NCBI GenBank assembly: GCA_963792585.1
Contig: CAWBWI010000006.1
Location: forward strand, 736,001 to 800,000
From: Candidatus Eiseniibacteriota bacterium
Lineage (GTDB): Bacteria; Eisenbacteria; RBG-16-71-46; CAIMUX01; VGJL01
Reading direction: 5' to 3'
Length of the DNA stretch: 64,000 nt
Below, one piece after another: positions 18,817 to 28,250 of the stretch (positions are counted from its first letter, which is position 1; each line of letters begins with the position of its first letter). Under the pieces are notes generated by a model. That model was not told the origin of the DNA. It saw only the letters and a program-made list of their open reading frames with translations, and ran no database searches. The position numbers and the translations under genes are program-made.

Positions 18817-19587
18817 TTGCTCAGGTTCGCCGTCACGCGCGAGGTGAGCCCCGCAATCGTTCGCTGCGAGCTGACGCACCTCGATCGGCAGCCGATCGAC
18901 CTTTTCCGCGCCCGCGCGCAGCACGATGCGTACATCCGCGCCCTCGAGGGACTCGGATGCCGCATCGTGCGCCTTCCCGCCGAGCCCGATCTCCCCGATT
19001 CGGTCTTCGTTGAGGATGCCGCCGTCGTGCTCGACGAGGTCGCGATCCTGACGCGTCCCGGAGCGACGTCGCGGCAACCAGAGGTGGAGACGGTCCGTTC
19101 CGCCATTGCGCCCTATCGGCGTACCGCCGCGATCCAGCCGCCCGCGACGCTCGACGGCGGCGACGTGCTGGTGCTTGGCAAGCGTCTCTATGTGGGCGCC
19201 TCCTCGCGCAGCGACGCGCGCGCGGTGGAGCAGCTCTGCGGGCTCCTCGCGCCCTTCGAATATCAAGTGACGCCGGTGCCGATCCACGGCTGCCTCCACC
19301 TGAAGTCGGCCGTGACGCGGATCGCTTCCGACTGTCTGCTTCTCAACGCTGACTGGGTCGACGGATCGACGTTTCCGGATATGCGCCTCGTCCGCACGGA
19401 CCCCGAAGAGCCCTTCGCGGCCAACGCCCTGCTCGTCGCGGGAGTGGTGATCTACCCCGCCGGCTTCCCACGCACGCGAAAGCGGATCGAGGCGGCCGGC
19501 GTGCCTGTCGTTACCGTGGACGTCACGGAGCTGGCCAAGGCCGAGGGGGGCGTCACCTGCTGCAGCTTGATCTTCGACGCTGAATAG
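18817..19587 (+). CDS. ddaH: Dimethylarginine dimethylaminohydrolase (amidinotransferase fold)
   Basis: PDSVFVED, LDGGDV, LHLKS, AEGGVTCCSL. Confidence 0.93.
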   Translation: MLRFAVTREVSPAIVRCELTHLDRQPIDLFRARAQHDAYIRALEGLGCRIVRLPAEPDLPDSVFVEDAAVVLDEVAILTRPGATSRQPEVETVRSAIAPYRRTAAIQPPATLDGGDVLVLGKRLYVGASSRSDARAVEQLCGLLAPFEYQVTPVPIHGCLHLKSAVTRIASDCLLLNADWVDGSTFPDMRLVRTDPEEPFAANALLVAGVVIYPAGFPRTRKRIEAAGVPVVTVDVTELAKAEGGVTCCSLIFDAE

Positions 19588-19618
19588 CCGCGCCGGCGGC
19601 ACGATCCCTGCGATGCGC

Positions 19619-19624
19619 TATAAT
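19619..19624 (+). promoter_or_regulatory. sigma70-type -10 element
   Basis: TATAAT in the intergenic gap; similar GC-TAnnnT boxes precede genes at 3166 (TACAAT), 13252 (TATGAT), 15379 (TATAGT) and 6521-6526 on the minus strand (TATCAT). Confidence 0.45.
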
Positions 19625-19722
19625 CATCGATGCGCGATGCGGGTCGACCCGGCAACGAAGACGATCCGCCTCTAGGGTCGTTCCAAGTAGGAAGCCATGG
19701 ACGTCAAACAAATGGGGTAGGG

Positions 19723-21969
19723 ATGAATTCCGGCGGTCGCGTTCGCTCCCGGGGCATCGTCCTCGGAATCCTAGCCATCCTCTGCGCGCATGCGGGCGAT
19801 GCCACCGCGCAGGCCACCCGCCCGCCCGTGGTCACCCGTCCTTCCTACGAGAACACCTACGCGAAGGATTTCATCATGGACGCGCCGTGGCGGGTTGCCG
19901 ATGCGTCCACGACGATTCCCCTTACGATCATTCTCAAGGACTGCGATACCGATGACGTGCGCCAGCTCCACTGGATTCGCTGTTGGGACGTGACCGGTGG
20001 CGGTTCCACGACCCTTTGGGACCACAACTTCGGCGACGAGCGGATCGGCGACGATCCGACCGAGGCGAACGACTGGACCTACGTCACGACCGTGACCGAA
20101 GGGCACCCTTCCCTGCCCAACGGTACGCTCCTTACCCCGGCGAACCTGGGATACGCTGCGGGCGACGTGATTCGGCTGCGGGTGTCCATCTATTACAAGG
20201 ACGACATCTTCAATTATACGGAGACGCGCAACCTGCGCGTGCGTGTCGGCGACGGTGCTTTCCCATGGCCTGCCGGTTGGTATGGCGGGGACATGCACAC
20301 GCACACGATGTACACCAACAACGTCGCCGAATCGGGCGCGCCGATTCCGGCGCAGCGGCGGGCGGCCGCCGCGATCGGGCTGCACTGGCTCATCACCACC
20401 GATCACTCCTGCGACATGGACGAGACGGGCGACGGCGACTGGTCCTACGCCACACCCGCGTGGGAGTACACACTGCAAACCCCATCAGGCGCGCAGACCT
20501 TCCAGCGCATCACATCGAACTACGGGACGACCTGGGACGCGACCGGCGCCGACATCGTCGACTTCCAGGGACCCGACTTCCGGTTGGTCCGCGGAGCCGA
20601 GGTGAACCTTGCCTCGATCGATGTCGATTCCCGTGCGAAGACGCTCCACTGCCTATTCGTCGACAACGGCTACGTCTCCTCTCCGTGGTCGGGGGCGCTG
20701 GGCGAACGCCCCGTCTTCCCCACCGTTCCCGATGGACTTGCGCAGGTCACCGGTTCCGGTTTCGCATTCTCCGCCCATCCCCTTTCCGATCTCGGCGCGG
20801 AGTTCGGCGGCCTTGACTATGCCGTCAACGGCGCGCTGTGGGGGGATCAGGATCAGGCGACGGCGCTCCTGTTCGAGGGCTATCTCGGGCTCGAGGCATT
20901 CAACACGCGGCCGACGAGGTACTCGACCAACGAGACCGACCCTTGGGCCGACTTCGACGCGGGCGTCTCGCCCGACCGCCCCTATCCCGCCGAGCTGCTG
21001 GAGGGCATCGCCGCCTGGGATGTTCTTCTACGCACACACCTCGTGGAGACGCCCGGCGCGGACCGCTTCTCGCCCGCGCGCCGCGTCTTGCTCACAGGCG
21101 GGAGCGACGCGCACGGCGACTTCAACTACACGACGAGCCTCGCGCTCGACAGCTACGCCACCGACAACGCCATCGGAAAGGTGCAGACCGTCGCCCACGT
21201 TCCCGGCCCGTACGGGCCCGGGAACCTGCCGCCGGCCGGGGCGATCCTCGACGCCATCCGCCTTGGGAGGATGTTCGTCACCGACGGCCCGTTCATCGAG
21301 ATGGGCATCGACCGGGACAATGACGGCGATTGGTACGAGGCCGAGGATCTCCAGCTCGGCGACCAGGGGAGCGCAAACCCGAACGTGTCCCTGCCCCTGC
21401 GGATCCGCTGGGCATCGCTCCCCGAGTTCGGGCCGATCACATCCGTTCGCATCTTCGCCGGGAGCACCGCCGCGACCTCCCTGCTGCTCGCCTTCGATCC
21501 GACCCTGTCCGGCGAGGGCTATCTCGGGTCGTCCCAGCTCGACCTGCGGGACTACCACCTCCACGGGCCGCATTACTTCCGGGTCGAGTGCCTCACGTCG
21601 GACGGTGACGCCGGGCATCGGGCGTATGCGAATCCGATCTGGGTCGACTTCAGCACGACCGCGGACGTGGTGGACGGGTGGGCTCCGGTGACGGTCGCAT
21701 CTCCCCGAGTCGCGCCGGATCCGTCATCGGGAATCATACGCATCGAGTTCACCCTGCCGAAGGGAGCCTCGGTGGGTTGCACAATCCACGATGCGGTCGG
21801 CCGTAGAGTTCGGAGGCTGTCCGAAGAGCAACGGTTCTCCGCCGGGGGCCACAAGGTCGAATGGGACGGCCGCGACGACCGGGGCGGAGCCGTTCCGTCG
21901 GGGGTCTACTATGGAGTCCTCACACTCGACGGTGTAGAATCGGTCCACAAACTCCACCTGATACGATGA
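19723..21969 (+). CDS. Secreted PHP-like (CehA/McbA-type) metallohydrolase with FlgD/T9SS-like tail
   Basis: Signal peptide; GDMHTHT, TTDHS, AHP, EAFN, GGSDAHG, YANPIWV; tail WDGRDDRGGAVPSGVY. Confidence 0.85.
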   Translation: MNSGGRVRSRGIVLGILAILCAHAGDATAQATRPPVVTRPSYENTYAKDFIMDAPWRVADASTTIPLTIILKDCDTDDVRQLHWIRCWDVTGGGSTTLWDHNFGDERIGDDPTEANDWTYVTTVTEGHPSLPNGTLLTPANLGYAAGDVIRLRVSIYYKDDIFNYTETRNLRVRVGDGAFPWPAGWYGGDMHTHTMYTNNVAESGAPIPAQRRAAAAIGLHWLITTDHSCDMDETGDGDWSYATPAWEYTLQTPSGAQTFQRITSNYGTTWDATGADIVDFQGPDFRLVRGAEVNLASIDVDSRAKTLHCLFVDNGYVSSPWSGALGERPVFPTVPDGLAQVTGSGFAFSAHPLSDLGAEFGGLDYAVNGALWGDQDQATALLFEGYLGLEAFNTRPTRYSTNETDPWADFDAGVSPDRPYPAELLEGIAAWDVLLRTHLVETPGADRFSPARRVLLTGGSDAHGDFNYTTSLALDSYATDNAIGKVQTVAHVPGPYGPGNLPPAGAILDAIRLGRMFVTDGPFIEMGIDRDNDGDWYEAEDLQLGDQGSANPNVSLPLRIRWASLPEFGPITSVRIFAGSTAATSLLLAFDPTLSGEGYLGSSQLDLRDYHLHGPHYFRVECLTSDGDAGHRAYANPIWVDFSTTADVVDGWAPVTVASPRVAPDPSSGIIRIEFTLPKGASVGCTIHDAVGRRVRRLSEEQRFSAGGHKVEWDGRDDRGGAVPSGVYYGVLTLDGVESVHKLHLIR

Positions 21970-22015
21970 GCCGGATCGTCGAGCGGGACGGTCCGCACGT
22001 TCGAGGGAGGCCGCC

Positions 22016-22528
22016 GTGCCCGATCCGGGACTGACGCTCGAGGGTGAACAACTTCAGCTCACGAGTACACGCGGGCAGGATCTCCCCGACCTGATCGCGC
22101 TCTGGAATGATGGAGAGGTGATGCGGTGGGTCGGATTCCCGAACGGTCTCGGGTACACCGCGGAGAAGGCGGCGGCCTGGCTCGAGGGAGTCAGGACCAG
22201 CTCTCGCTCCTACCACTTCTGCGCCCGCGCGGGGACCGGCGAGTTCCTGGGGGAGGTCTTTTGCAAGGTGGATGACGGGAGCCGCCGCGCCGGACTCGAC
22301 ATCAAGTTCGTGCAGGCCGCGCGGGGACGCGGTCTGAGTCGCGATGCGCTCCTGACATTGATCGATTGGATCTTCCGCGACCTCCCCGGCGTGGACGCCG
22401 TCTGGACCGAGCCGGGGGCGGGTAACCTCGCCGCTCAGACGCTCTATTACTCGTGCGGGCTTCGACCGACGGAACGGCCCGCGGGGATGCACAAGGCCGA
22501 TTCGTACTGGGAGCGACGGAAAGGGTGA
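22016..22528 (+). CDS. GNAT acetyltransferase (RimJ/RimL-like)
   Basis: WNDGEVMRWVG, ARGRGLS, NLAAQTLYYSCGL. Confidence 0.85.
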   Translation: MPDPGLTLEGEQLQLTSTRGQDLPDLIALWNDGEVMRWVGFPNGLGYTAEKAAAWLEGVRTSSRSYHFCARAGTGEFLGEVFCKVDDGSRRAGLDIKFVQAARGRGLSRDALLTLIDWIFRDLPGVDAVWTEPGAGNLAAQTLYYSCGLRPTERPAGMHKADSYWERRKG

Positions 22529-23316
22529 CTCCCGTTCTTCATGACCTCCGGAGTCGGCCGGACCTGGCGGCGCAGATCCCGGCGATCAGCAGGGCATCAT
22601 GGCCCCCGTTCCTCCTGCACAGCGATGTCGAGAACTGGGAGAGTCTCCTCTCGCGGTTCCCGGAGTTTCAGTTCGTCCTTTGTGAGCCCGGAAACGAGGT
22701 GATCGCCGTCGGCCACGCCGTTCCGATCCCGTGGGACGGCTCGTCGGAGGATCTTCCGGAGACGATCAATGGAATCCTCCGGCGCGCGAACGCGACCCTC
22801 GATGCCGGAGGACCGACCCACGCCCTTTCCGCGCTCGCGGCGATGGTGCGGCCCGATCATCGGGGGCACGGCCTCAGCGCCGCCGTCATTCAAGCGATGC
22901 GCAATCTCGCCCACCGGAGAGGCCTCCGATCGCTGGTCGCCCCCGTGAGGCCCACACTCAAGAGCCTTCACCCCGAGATCTCGATGGAGGAGTACATTGC
23001 GCGAACCCGCGCGGACGGCATGCCATACGATCCCTGGATTCGCATCCACCTCCGGCTGGGCGCACACTTTCGTCGCATCGTCCCCACCTCCCTTGTTGTC
23101 GAGGCAACGGTGTGCGAATGGGAGGAGTGGACCCGGCTGCGCTTTGCTCGCAGCGGAGCGTTCGCGGTTCCCGGCGCGCTCCGGATGGTGTCGATCGACC
23201 GCGAGGCGAATCGGGGGCGTTACGAGGAACCCAACGTGTGGATGGACCATCCTATGAGTGAGACCCGTGCACCACGAGATGAATCTTCGATGCGGGACGA
23301 TCGGATGGCCCGGTGA
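22525..23316 (+). CDS. GNAT-fold protein
   Basis: GTGA overlap with the upstream stop; VRPDHRGHGLS, LVAPVRPTLK, DPWIRIHLRLG, YEEPNVW. Confidence 0.85.
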   Translation: MTPVLHDLRSRPDLAAQIPAISRASWPPFLLHSDVENWESLLSRFPEFQFVLCEPGNEVIAVGHAVPIPWDGSSEDLPETINGILRRANATLDAGGPTHALSALAAMVRPDHRGHGLSAAVIQAMRNLAHRRGLRSLVAPVRPTLKSLHPEISMEEYIARTRADGMPYDPWIRIHLRLGAHFRRIVPTSLVVEATVCEWEEWTRLRFARSGAFAVPGALRMVSIDREANRGRYEEPNVWMDHPMSETRAPRDESSMRDDRMAR

Positions 23317-24041
23317 CCGTTCGCGGGTCCGATCCGATCGTCACCTGCGCATGGGGCGAGCAGGGGATGCGCGCCGTCGCGGGCGGGTGCGACGTGGTCG
23401 TGATCGTGGACATCCTCTCCTTCACGACGGCGGTCGACGTGGCGGTCTCGCGGGGGGCGGCGATCTACCCCCATTCCTACGGGTCAGAGACCGCTCGCGC
23501 CCTGGCCGACTCCGTCGGTGCGCGCCTCGCGGGGCCGCGCTCTGCGGGAGGCCTGTCCCTCTCCCCCGCATCGCTCGAGAAACTGGCGCCGGGAGAGCGT
23601 CTCGTCCTGCCGTCACCGAACGGCTCTCGGATTTCGGTCGCATCCCCGTGTGAGGCGACCTTCGCGGCCTGCCTGCGCAATGCGCGCGCCGTGGCGGCCG
23701 CCGCCCGTGCGGTCGGGCTGCGGATTGCCGTCATCGCCGCCGGCGAGCGCTGGCCCGACGGGAGCTTGCGTCCGGCGATCGAAGACTGGCTTGGCGCGGG
23801 CGCGGTGATCGAGCACCTGGGTGGAAGTCTGTCCCCCGATGCGTTCGCGGCCCGGGCGGCCTTCCGCGCCGCGGGTCCCGACGTCGGCGATCTTGTCATT
23901 GACTCCCTCTCGGGGCGGGAACTCCTCGAGCGCGGTCACTCGCGCGACCTCTTCTTGACCGTCCAGGTCGACGCGAGCGCATGCGTTCCGAGGCTGATCG
24001 ATCACGCCTATTGCGACGCGTCGCATCCCCTCTCCCGATGA
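23313..24041 (+). CDS. comB: 2-phosphosulfolactate phosphatase (ComB) family protein
   Basis: VVIVDILSFTT, LPSPNGS, ACLRNA, AAGERW, EDWLGAG. Confidence 0.88.
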   Translation: MTVRGSDPIVTCAWGEQGMRAVAGGCDVVVIVDILSFTTAVDVAVSRGAAIYPHSYGSETARALADSVGARLAGPRSAGGLSLSPASLEKLAPGERLVLPSPNGSRISVASPCEATFAACLRNARAVAAAARAVGLRIAVIAAGERWPDGSLRPAIEDWLGAGAVIEHLGGSLSPDAFAARAAFRAAGPDVGDLVIDSLSGRELLERGHSRDLFLTVQVDASACVPRLIDHAYCDASHPLSR

Positions 24042-24069
24042 CGACGCCGACCCCGCAAGGAGACGCGCG

Positions 24070-24501
24070 ATGATGCTCCGTCCGATGGTCGAGGAGGATG
24101 CGGCGGAAGTCGCAGGCCTCTCGGGCCAGCTCGGTTACCCGACCGACCCGCGCGAGATCGCAGAGCGGATCCGTGCGCTCGCGGGCGACCTTGATTCCGC
24201 GATCCTCGTCGCCGAGTCCGATGATCGCCGTCTCGTGGGATGGATCCACGTGATCGGCCGGCGCTTCATCGAGTCCGCCCCGTCGGCCGAGGTGATCGGT
24301 CTCGTCGTCGACGCCGCGGTGCGCCGCGCAGGCGTCGGGGCCGAACTGCTCGCCGCCGCGGAATCCTGGGCGAGCGCGCACGGCTACGCGTCGATGCGGA
24401 TCCGCTCGAACACCGCGCGCGTGGAGGCGCGTCCATTCTACCTCAAGCACGGATATGCGATCGCCAAGACGCAGTATGTCTTCCGGAAGGACTTGCGATG
24501 A
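24070..24501 (+). CDS. GNAT acetyltransferase
   Basis: QLGYP, LVVDAAVRRAGVG, ARPFYLKHGY. Confidence 0.92.
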   Translation: MMLRPMVEEDAAEVAGLSGQLGYPTDPREIAERIRALAGDLDSAILVAESDDRRLVGWIHVIGRRFIESAPSAEVIGLVVDAAVRRAGVGAELLAAAESWASAHGYASMRIRSNTARVEARPFYLKHGYAIAKTQYVFRKDLR

Positions 24502-24562
24502 GCCCACCGCGAACCGATGCGCGCGGGGCTCGGGGTGCGTTCCCGTGCCGGAAAGGAAGCGA

Positions 24563-25363
24563 CTAGGCCGCTTCGATCCGCCACTCCCCGGCATCGAGCG
24601 CGCGGACCGTCTCATCGAATAACTTCTGCGCCCGCGCCTGGTACGCCTCCACCTCATCCACCGACGGCGGGAAGACCAGCCGCTCGATCTCGGCGACCAC
24701 ATCGGCCGGCAAATCGCGATCGAGGTACCGGAGGCCGTAGTCGTAGCGATCGGGGCAGTGACGCATGCGCAGGATCTCGACGACGAACCGGATCGTCTGC
24801 GTCATGTAGGTCATCATCGCGTCGGCGGCCGCGCGACGGCGGGCGGCCTTCACCGTGAGGTTCTGGAAGAGTGGAAAGACCTCGCGCAGGACGGCCAGCC
24901 GCTTCTCCATTTTGGCGGTGTGCGCTGCACGATCGAACGGCGCCGCCTCTACGAGCCCCTCCTTGTCGAAGAGGACGAGCGCGTCGCCATGCCGTTCGCG
25001 CTCGAGGAACCAGTCCTTGCTGCTCCTCTTCAGGACCACGAAGTCGACGAAGTGGCATGCGTCGGCGTCGCGCAAGCTCAGGAACTCCTGCTCGTGACCG
25101 TGCCACGTGGGGCTCGGCAGGCGGAAGCGGTGCGCGATCGGCGACAGACGTTCGAGGACCTCGTGGGTGATCTCGAAGCACTGCTCGACCGCGTCGTCGT
25201 CGACGACGATCTGGATGTCGATGTCCGACCATGCGTCGGTTCGGCCGCTGGCGTCGCTTCCACCCAGCCACGCGGCATGCACGAACGGCAGCGGCTCGAA
25301 GGCCGCGGCCAGCGCGTCGATCATCATCTGCCGGCTGATCTTCTTGGAATCCACCTTCCCCAC
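24563..25363 (-). CDS. Pol-beta-type nucleotidyltransferase-domain protein
   Basis: WLGGSDASGRTDAWSDID motif followed by a helical C-terminal domain. Confidence 0.85.
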   Translation of the reverse strand: MGKVDSKKISRQMMIDALAAAFEPLPFVHAAWLGGSDASGRTDAWSDIDIQIVVDDDAVEQCFEITHEVLERLSPIAHRFRLPSPTWHGHEQEFLSLRDADACHFVDFVVLKRSSKDWFLERERHGDALVLFDKEGLVEAAPFDRAAHTAKMEKRLAVLREVFPLFQNLTVKAARRRAAADAMMTYMTQTIRFVVEILRMRHCPDRYDYGLRYLDRDLPADVVAEIERLVFPPSVDEVEAYQARAQKLFDETVRALDAGEWRIEAA

Positions 25364-25376
25364 CCTCCCCCGATTC

Positions 25377-26141
25377 CTAGTTCAGTAGCGTCCCGATCCG
25401 ATTCAAGCGCACACGGTCCCAGGGTGCGCGGTCGGAATGCTCGAGATCATAGGACATCGTCACCACCCGCGCCCGGCCGATGATGTTCTTCTCCGGCACA
25501 GCACCGAAGAAGCGGCTGTCCGCCGAGTTGTCCCGGTTGTCCCCCATGAGGAAGACCGACCCGTCGGGCACGCGCAGGGGACCGAAGTTGTCGCGGTTGC
25601 CAAGGGCCGGCACGATCCCGGAGTGGACGAGTCCCTTGCGAAGGGTGCGGGGATCCCTGTGGATTGCGTGCCCGCCATCTTCCTCGGGAAGGCCATTGAC
25701 GAGCAGTTGCTTGTCGCGGATCTCGACCGTGTCGCCGCCGAGGGCCACGACGCGCTTCACGAAAGGAATCTTCGCGTCTTCGGGAGTCTCCACGATCACG
25801 ATGTCGCCGCGCCGGGCGTGACGGAAACCGGGGAGTTTCCAGGCGGGCAAGTGAACGCCGATTCGGGTCGCGGGGATGCCGATCCAGTGGGGGGTGCGGG
25901 GACCAAGGGTCAGCTTGTCGGCCATCAGGTAGTCCCCCGTCATGATGGTCGTCTCCATGGATCCGGTAGGCACCTGATAGGCCTGCACGAGACCGAACTG
26001 GAGCGCCAGCAGAAGGAGGACTCCCGAACCGATTTCTCCGAGGATACGCACGATGCGCGGGCCGAGCCCCTGAACCTCGCTCACAACCTCTAATGCATTG
26101 TCGTGTATATGTTTAGAAGGACTGGAACGGCGACGGAACAT
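25377..26141 (-). CDS. lepB: Signal peptidase I
   Basis: VPTGSMETTI (Ser), FVKRVVAL (Lys), MGDNRDNSADSR. Confidence 0.95.
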   Translation of the reverse strand: MFRRRSSPSKHIHDNALEVVSEVQGLGPRIVRILGEIGSGVLLLLALQFGLVQAYQVPTGSMETTIMTGDYLMADKLTLGPRTPHWIGIPATRIGVHLPAWKLPGFRHARRGDIVIVETPEDAKIPFVKRVVALGGDTVEIRDKQLLVNGLPEEDGGHAIHRDPRTLRKGLVHSGIVPALGNRDNFGPLRVPDGSVFLMGDNRDNSADSRFFGAVPEKNIIGRARVVTMSYDLEHSDRAPWDRVRLNRIGTLLN

Positions 26142-26356
26142 GGTGGAGATCCTCCCCGTGGTCGTTGGACGCGGTGGCCGCCTGCTGACACCATGGATAC
26201 GGCTTACGGTTCCCGAGGCATTCAGGTTCCGCAGTCGGGACACGGGATCGGCCCGCGGGCCGCAACAATGCAGGCCTTGGGAGACGTATGGTCCCGGTAA
26301 CCGGCGCGGCCGAATCGGCCGCGCCCTCTCGACCGATCGAAAGGAGACAGAGCCTC

Positions 26357-26737
26357 ATGGAACGGACCTGGAAGCCGACCGTCGCGGGTATCCTCGACCT
26401 CATCGCCGCCGGTTACGGGCTGATGGGAGGATGCGCGCTGCTCATGCTCGCCGGCATGTTCGCGTCGAGGATGTTCGGAATGGGCGACGAGGGGCCCGCG
26501 TTCGGGCGGTTCTTCACGACCGGTCTCTTTCACATCCTCGGTTGGGCGCACATCCTCTGTGGGATGCTGGCGATCCCCGGCGGGATCCTGAACCTGCAGC
26601 GAAGGGCCTGGTCCTGGGCGGTGATCTTCAGCGTCGCCGCAATTGTCGCGGCTTTCGTCCCCGGCCTCATCGCTCTGATCCTGACATCGATGTCGGAAAA
26701 GGAATTCAAGTCCGCCGGGGAACCCGCGCGCGTGTAG
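26357..26737 (+). CDS. Small three-TM hypothetical membrane protein
   Basis: RBS AAGGAG; KPTVAGILDLIAA; three hydrophobic segments; ends SEKEF. Confidence 0.78.
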   Translation: MERTWKPTVAGILDLIAAGYGLMGGCALLMLAGMFASRMFGMGDEGPAFGRFFTTGLFHILGWAHILCGMLAIPGGILNLQRRAWSWAVIFSVAAIVAAFVPGLIALILTSMSEKEFKSAGEPARV

Positions 26738-26786
26738 GACGCGAGACGGCCGCCCAGACCCATGAACGGTTTTCTCTCTATTACTA

Positions 26787-28007
26787 CTAATTGACGACCA
26801 CGAGGCGTCCTACGCTTGCTCCGTGTTCGCCCGCGAGGCGGATGAGGTAGTGTCCCGCCGCGAGGCGCCGGCCGTCCTCGCGTCGCGGCTCCCAGGTGAT
26901 CCGATACTCTCCCGCCGTCACGGGGCCGTCAGCGAGCTTTGCTACAGTCCGCCCGGCCACGTCGGTGACCGTGATCCGGAGATTCTCCGTGCCCGCCACG
27001 GCATAGGTCAGCTCCATCGAGGCACGGCAGGGGTTGGGAGCGATTCCGCCAATCGTGAGTCGTGCGGGATGCGCCATCTGCTGGTCGGAGGCGGAGGCGA
27101 CGGGTTCTCCGAATCGTTGAACGCGGTTGTTGTACTGATCGGCCACATAGATGGAACCTTCCAGCCCGATGCCGATCCCGATCGCACCGTTGAACTCACC
27201 CGGACCGCTGCCGAATGCGCCGAATGCATCGACCAGGTCGCCGGAGGTCGTGAAGACCCGAATCATGTTGTGGTTGAAGTCGGCGACCCACAGCTGGCCG
27301 AGTGTGTCCACCTCGATGTCGGTCCCACCGGAGGTCGACGCATCGAAGCTGGCGAGGTAGTCCCCTCCCGTCGTGAACTCCTCGACAACGGGCTGATCCC
27401 ACTGCACGACGTACACGATTCCGTCCACCTCGACCACGCCCGAGGTCTGGCTCCCTCCATTGCTGCTCCAATCGAGTAGGGAGACGCCGGTGGAGGTGTA
27501 CTTGTGCACGGAGAAGTCGGTGTAGCCCGACACATAGACGTCGCCGGCCGCGTCGACCGCCACGTGATCGGCATTCGTGCTCGGAATCGCCCACGAGAGA
27601 AGGAACGCGCCTTCGCTGGTGAACTTCTCGAGCCGCGCGCCGGCATAGTCGCAGATGTACGCCTCCCCGCTCGGGTCGAAGGCGATACCGTAGGGCGTGT
27701 GGAACTCTCCGTCGCCGCTCCCGGTGCCGCCGAATGCAAAGAGCAGCTGCCCGCCGGTGGGCGTATAGACGCGCACCGAATCGTCATCGCACGAGACCCA
27801 TACGCGACCCGAAGGATCGACGTCGACATCCTCCACCGAGGCGGGAACCTCCCATTCCTCGGCGTAGGGCGGGATGACGGCGCGTGCGTGGTGGGCGAAT
27901 CCGCCGGTGGCGGCGAGGCCCGCGAGCGAGACGAGCATGAAGTGCAGCGCATGGTGGATGCGCCGCGAGCCACCTCCCTCGAGGGGAAGGAAGAGACGTG
28001 GAAACAT
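26787..28007 (-). CDS. Secreted NHL-repeat beta-propeller with FlgD/T9SS-like tail
   Basis: GSGDGEFHTPYGIA, GSGPGEFNG..GI, ADQYNNRVQRF; tail APNP...DVAGRTV...GHYLIRL. Confidence 0.88.
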   Translation of the reverse strand: MFPRLFLPLEGGGSRRIHHALHFMLVSLAGLAATGGFAHHARAVIPPYAEEWEVPASVEDVDVDPSGRVWVSCDDDSVRVYTPTGGQLLFAFGGTGSGDGEFHTPYGIAFDPSGEAYICDYAGARLEKFTSEGAFLLSWAIPSTNADHVAVDAAGDVYVSGYTDFSVHKYTSTGVSLLDWSSNGGSQTSGVVEVDGIVYVVQWDQPVVEEFTTGGDYLASFDASTSGGTDIEVDTLGQLWVADFNHNMIRVFTTSGDLVDAFGAFGSGPGEFNGAIGIGIGLEGSIYVADQYNNRVQRFGEPVASASDQQMAHPARLTIGGIAPNPCRASMELTYAVAGTENLRITVTDVAGRTVAKLADGPVTAGEYRITWEPRREDGRRLAAGHYLIRLAGEHGASVGRLVVVN

Positions 28008-28250
28008 CGAAGCCCTCCTGTCCTTCTGCGGCGCTGTTGGGGAACGGGGGATCTTACTCGAATTCCACCCGAATCGGTGACTTGATTCGGATATCAGGTT
28101 GTAATTGACGAGTTTTTGTCGCGGTCGCCTGACCGGTTCGGTGCATGACGCTCGGCGCGAAGGATAGAGGATGGAGGGCGGTGCGCCCGCCTCTTACGTG
28201 CCCGCTTGCGACGGTCGGAAGGACGAGCTCCGAGGCTCCTGTGTGCCCGC

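Noticed and set aside
24563..25363. Nucleotidyltransferase as a CBASS or toxin-antitoxin defence component
   Set aside because: No effector, HEPN partner or ancillary gene adjacent; looks like a stand-alone small-molecule nucleotidyltransferase
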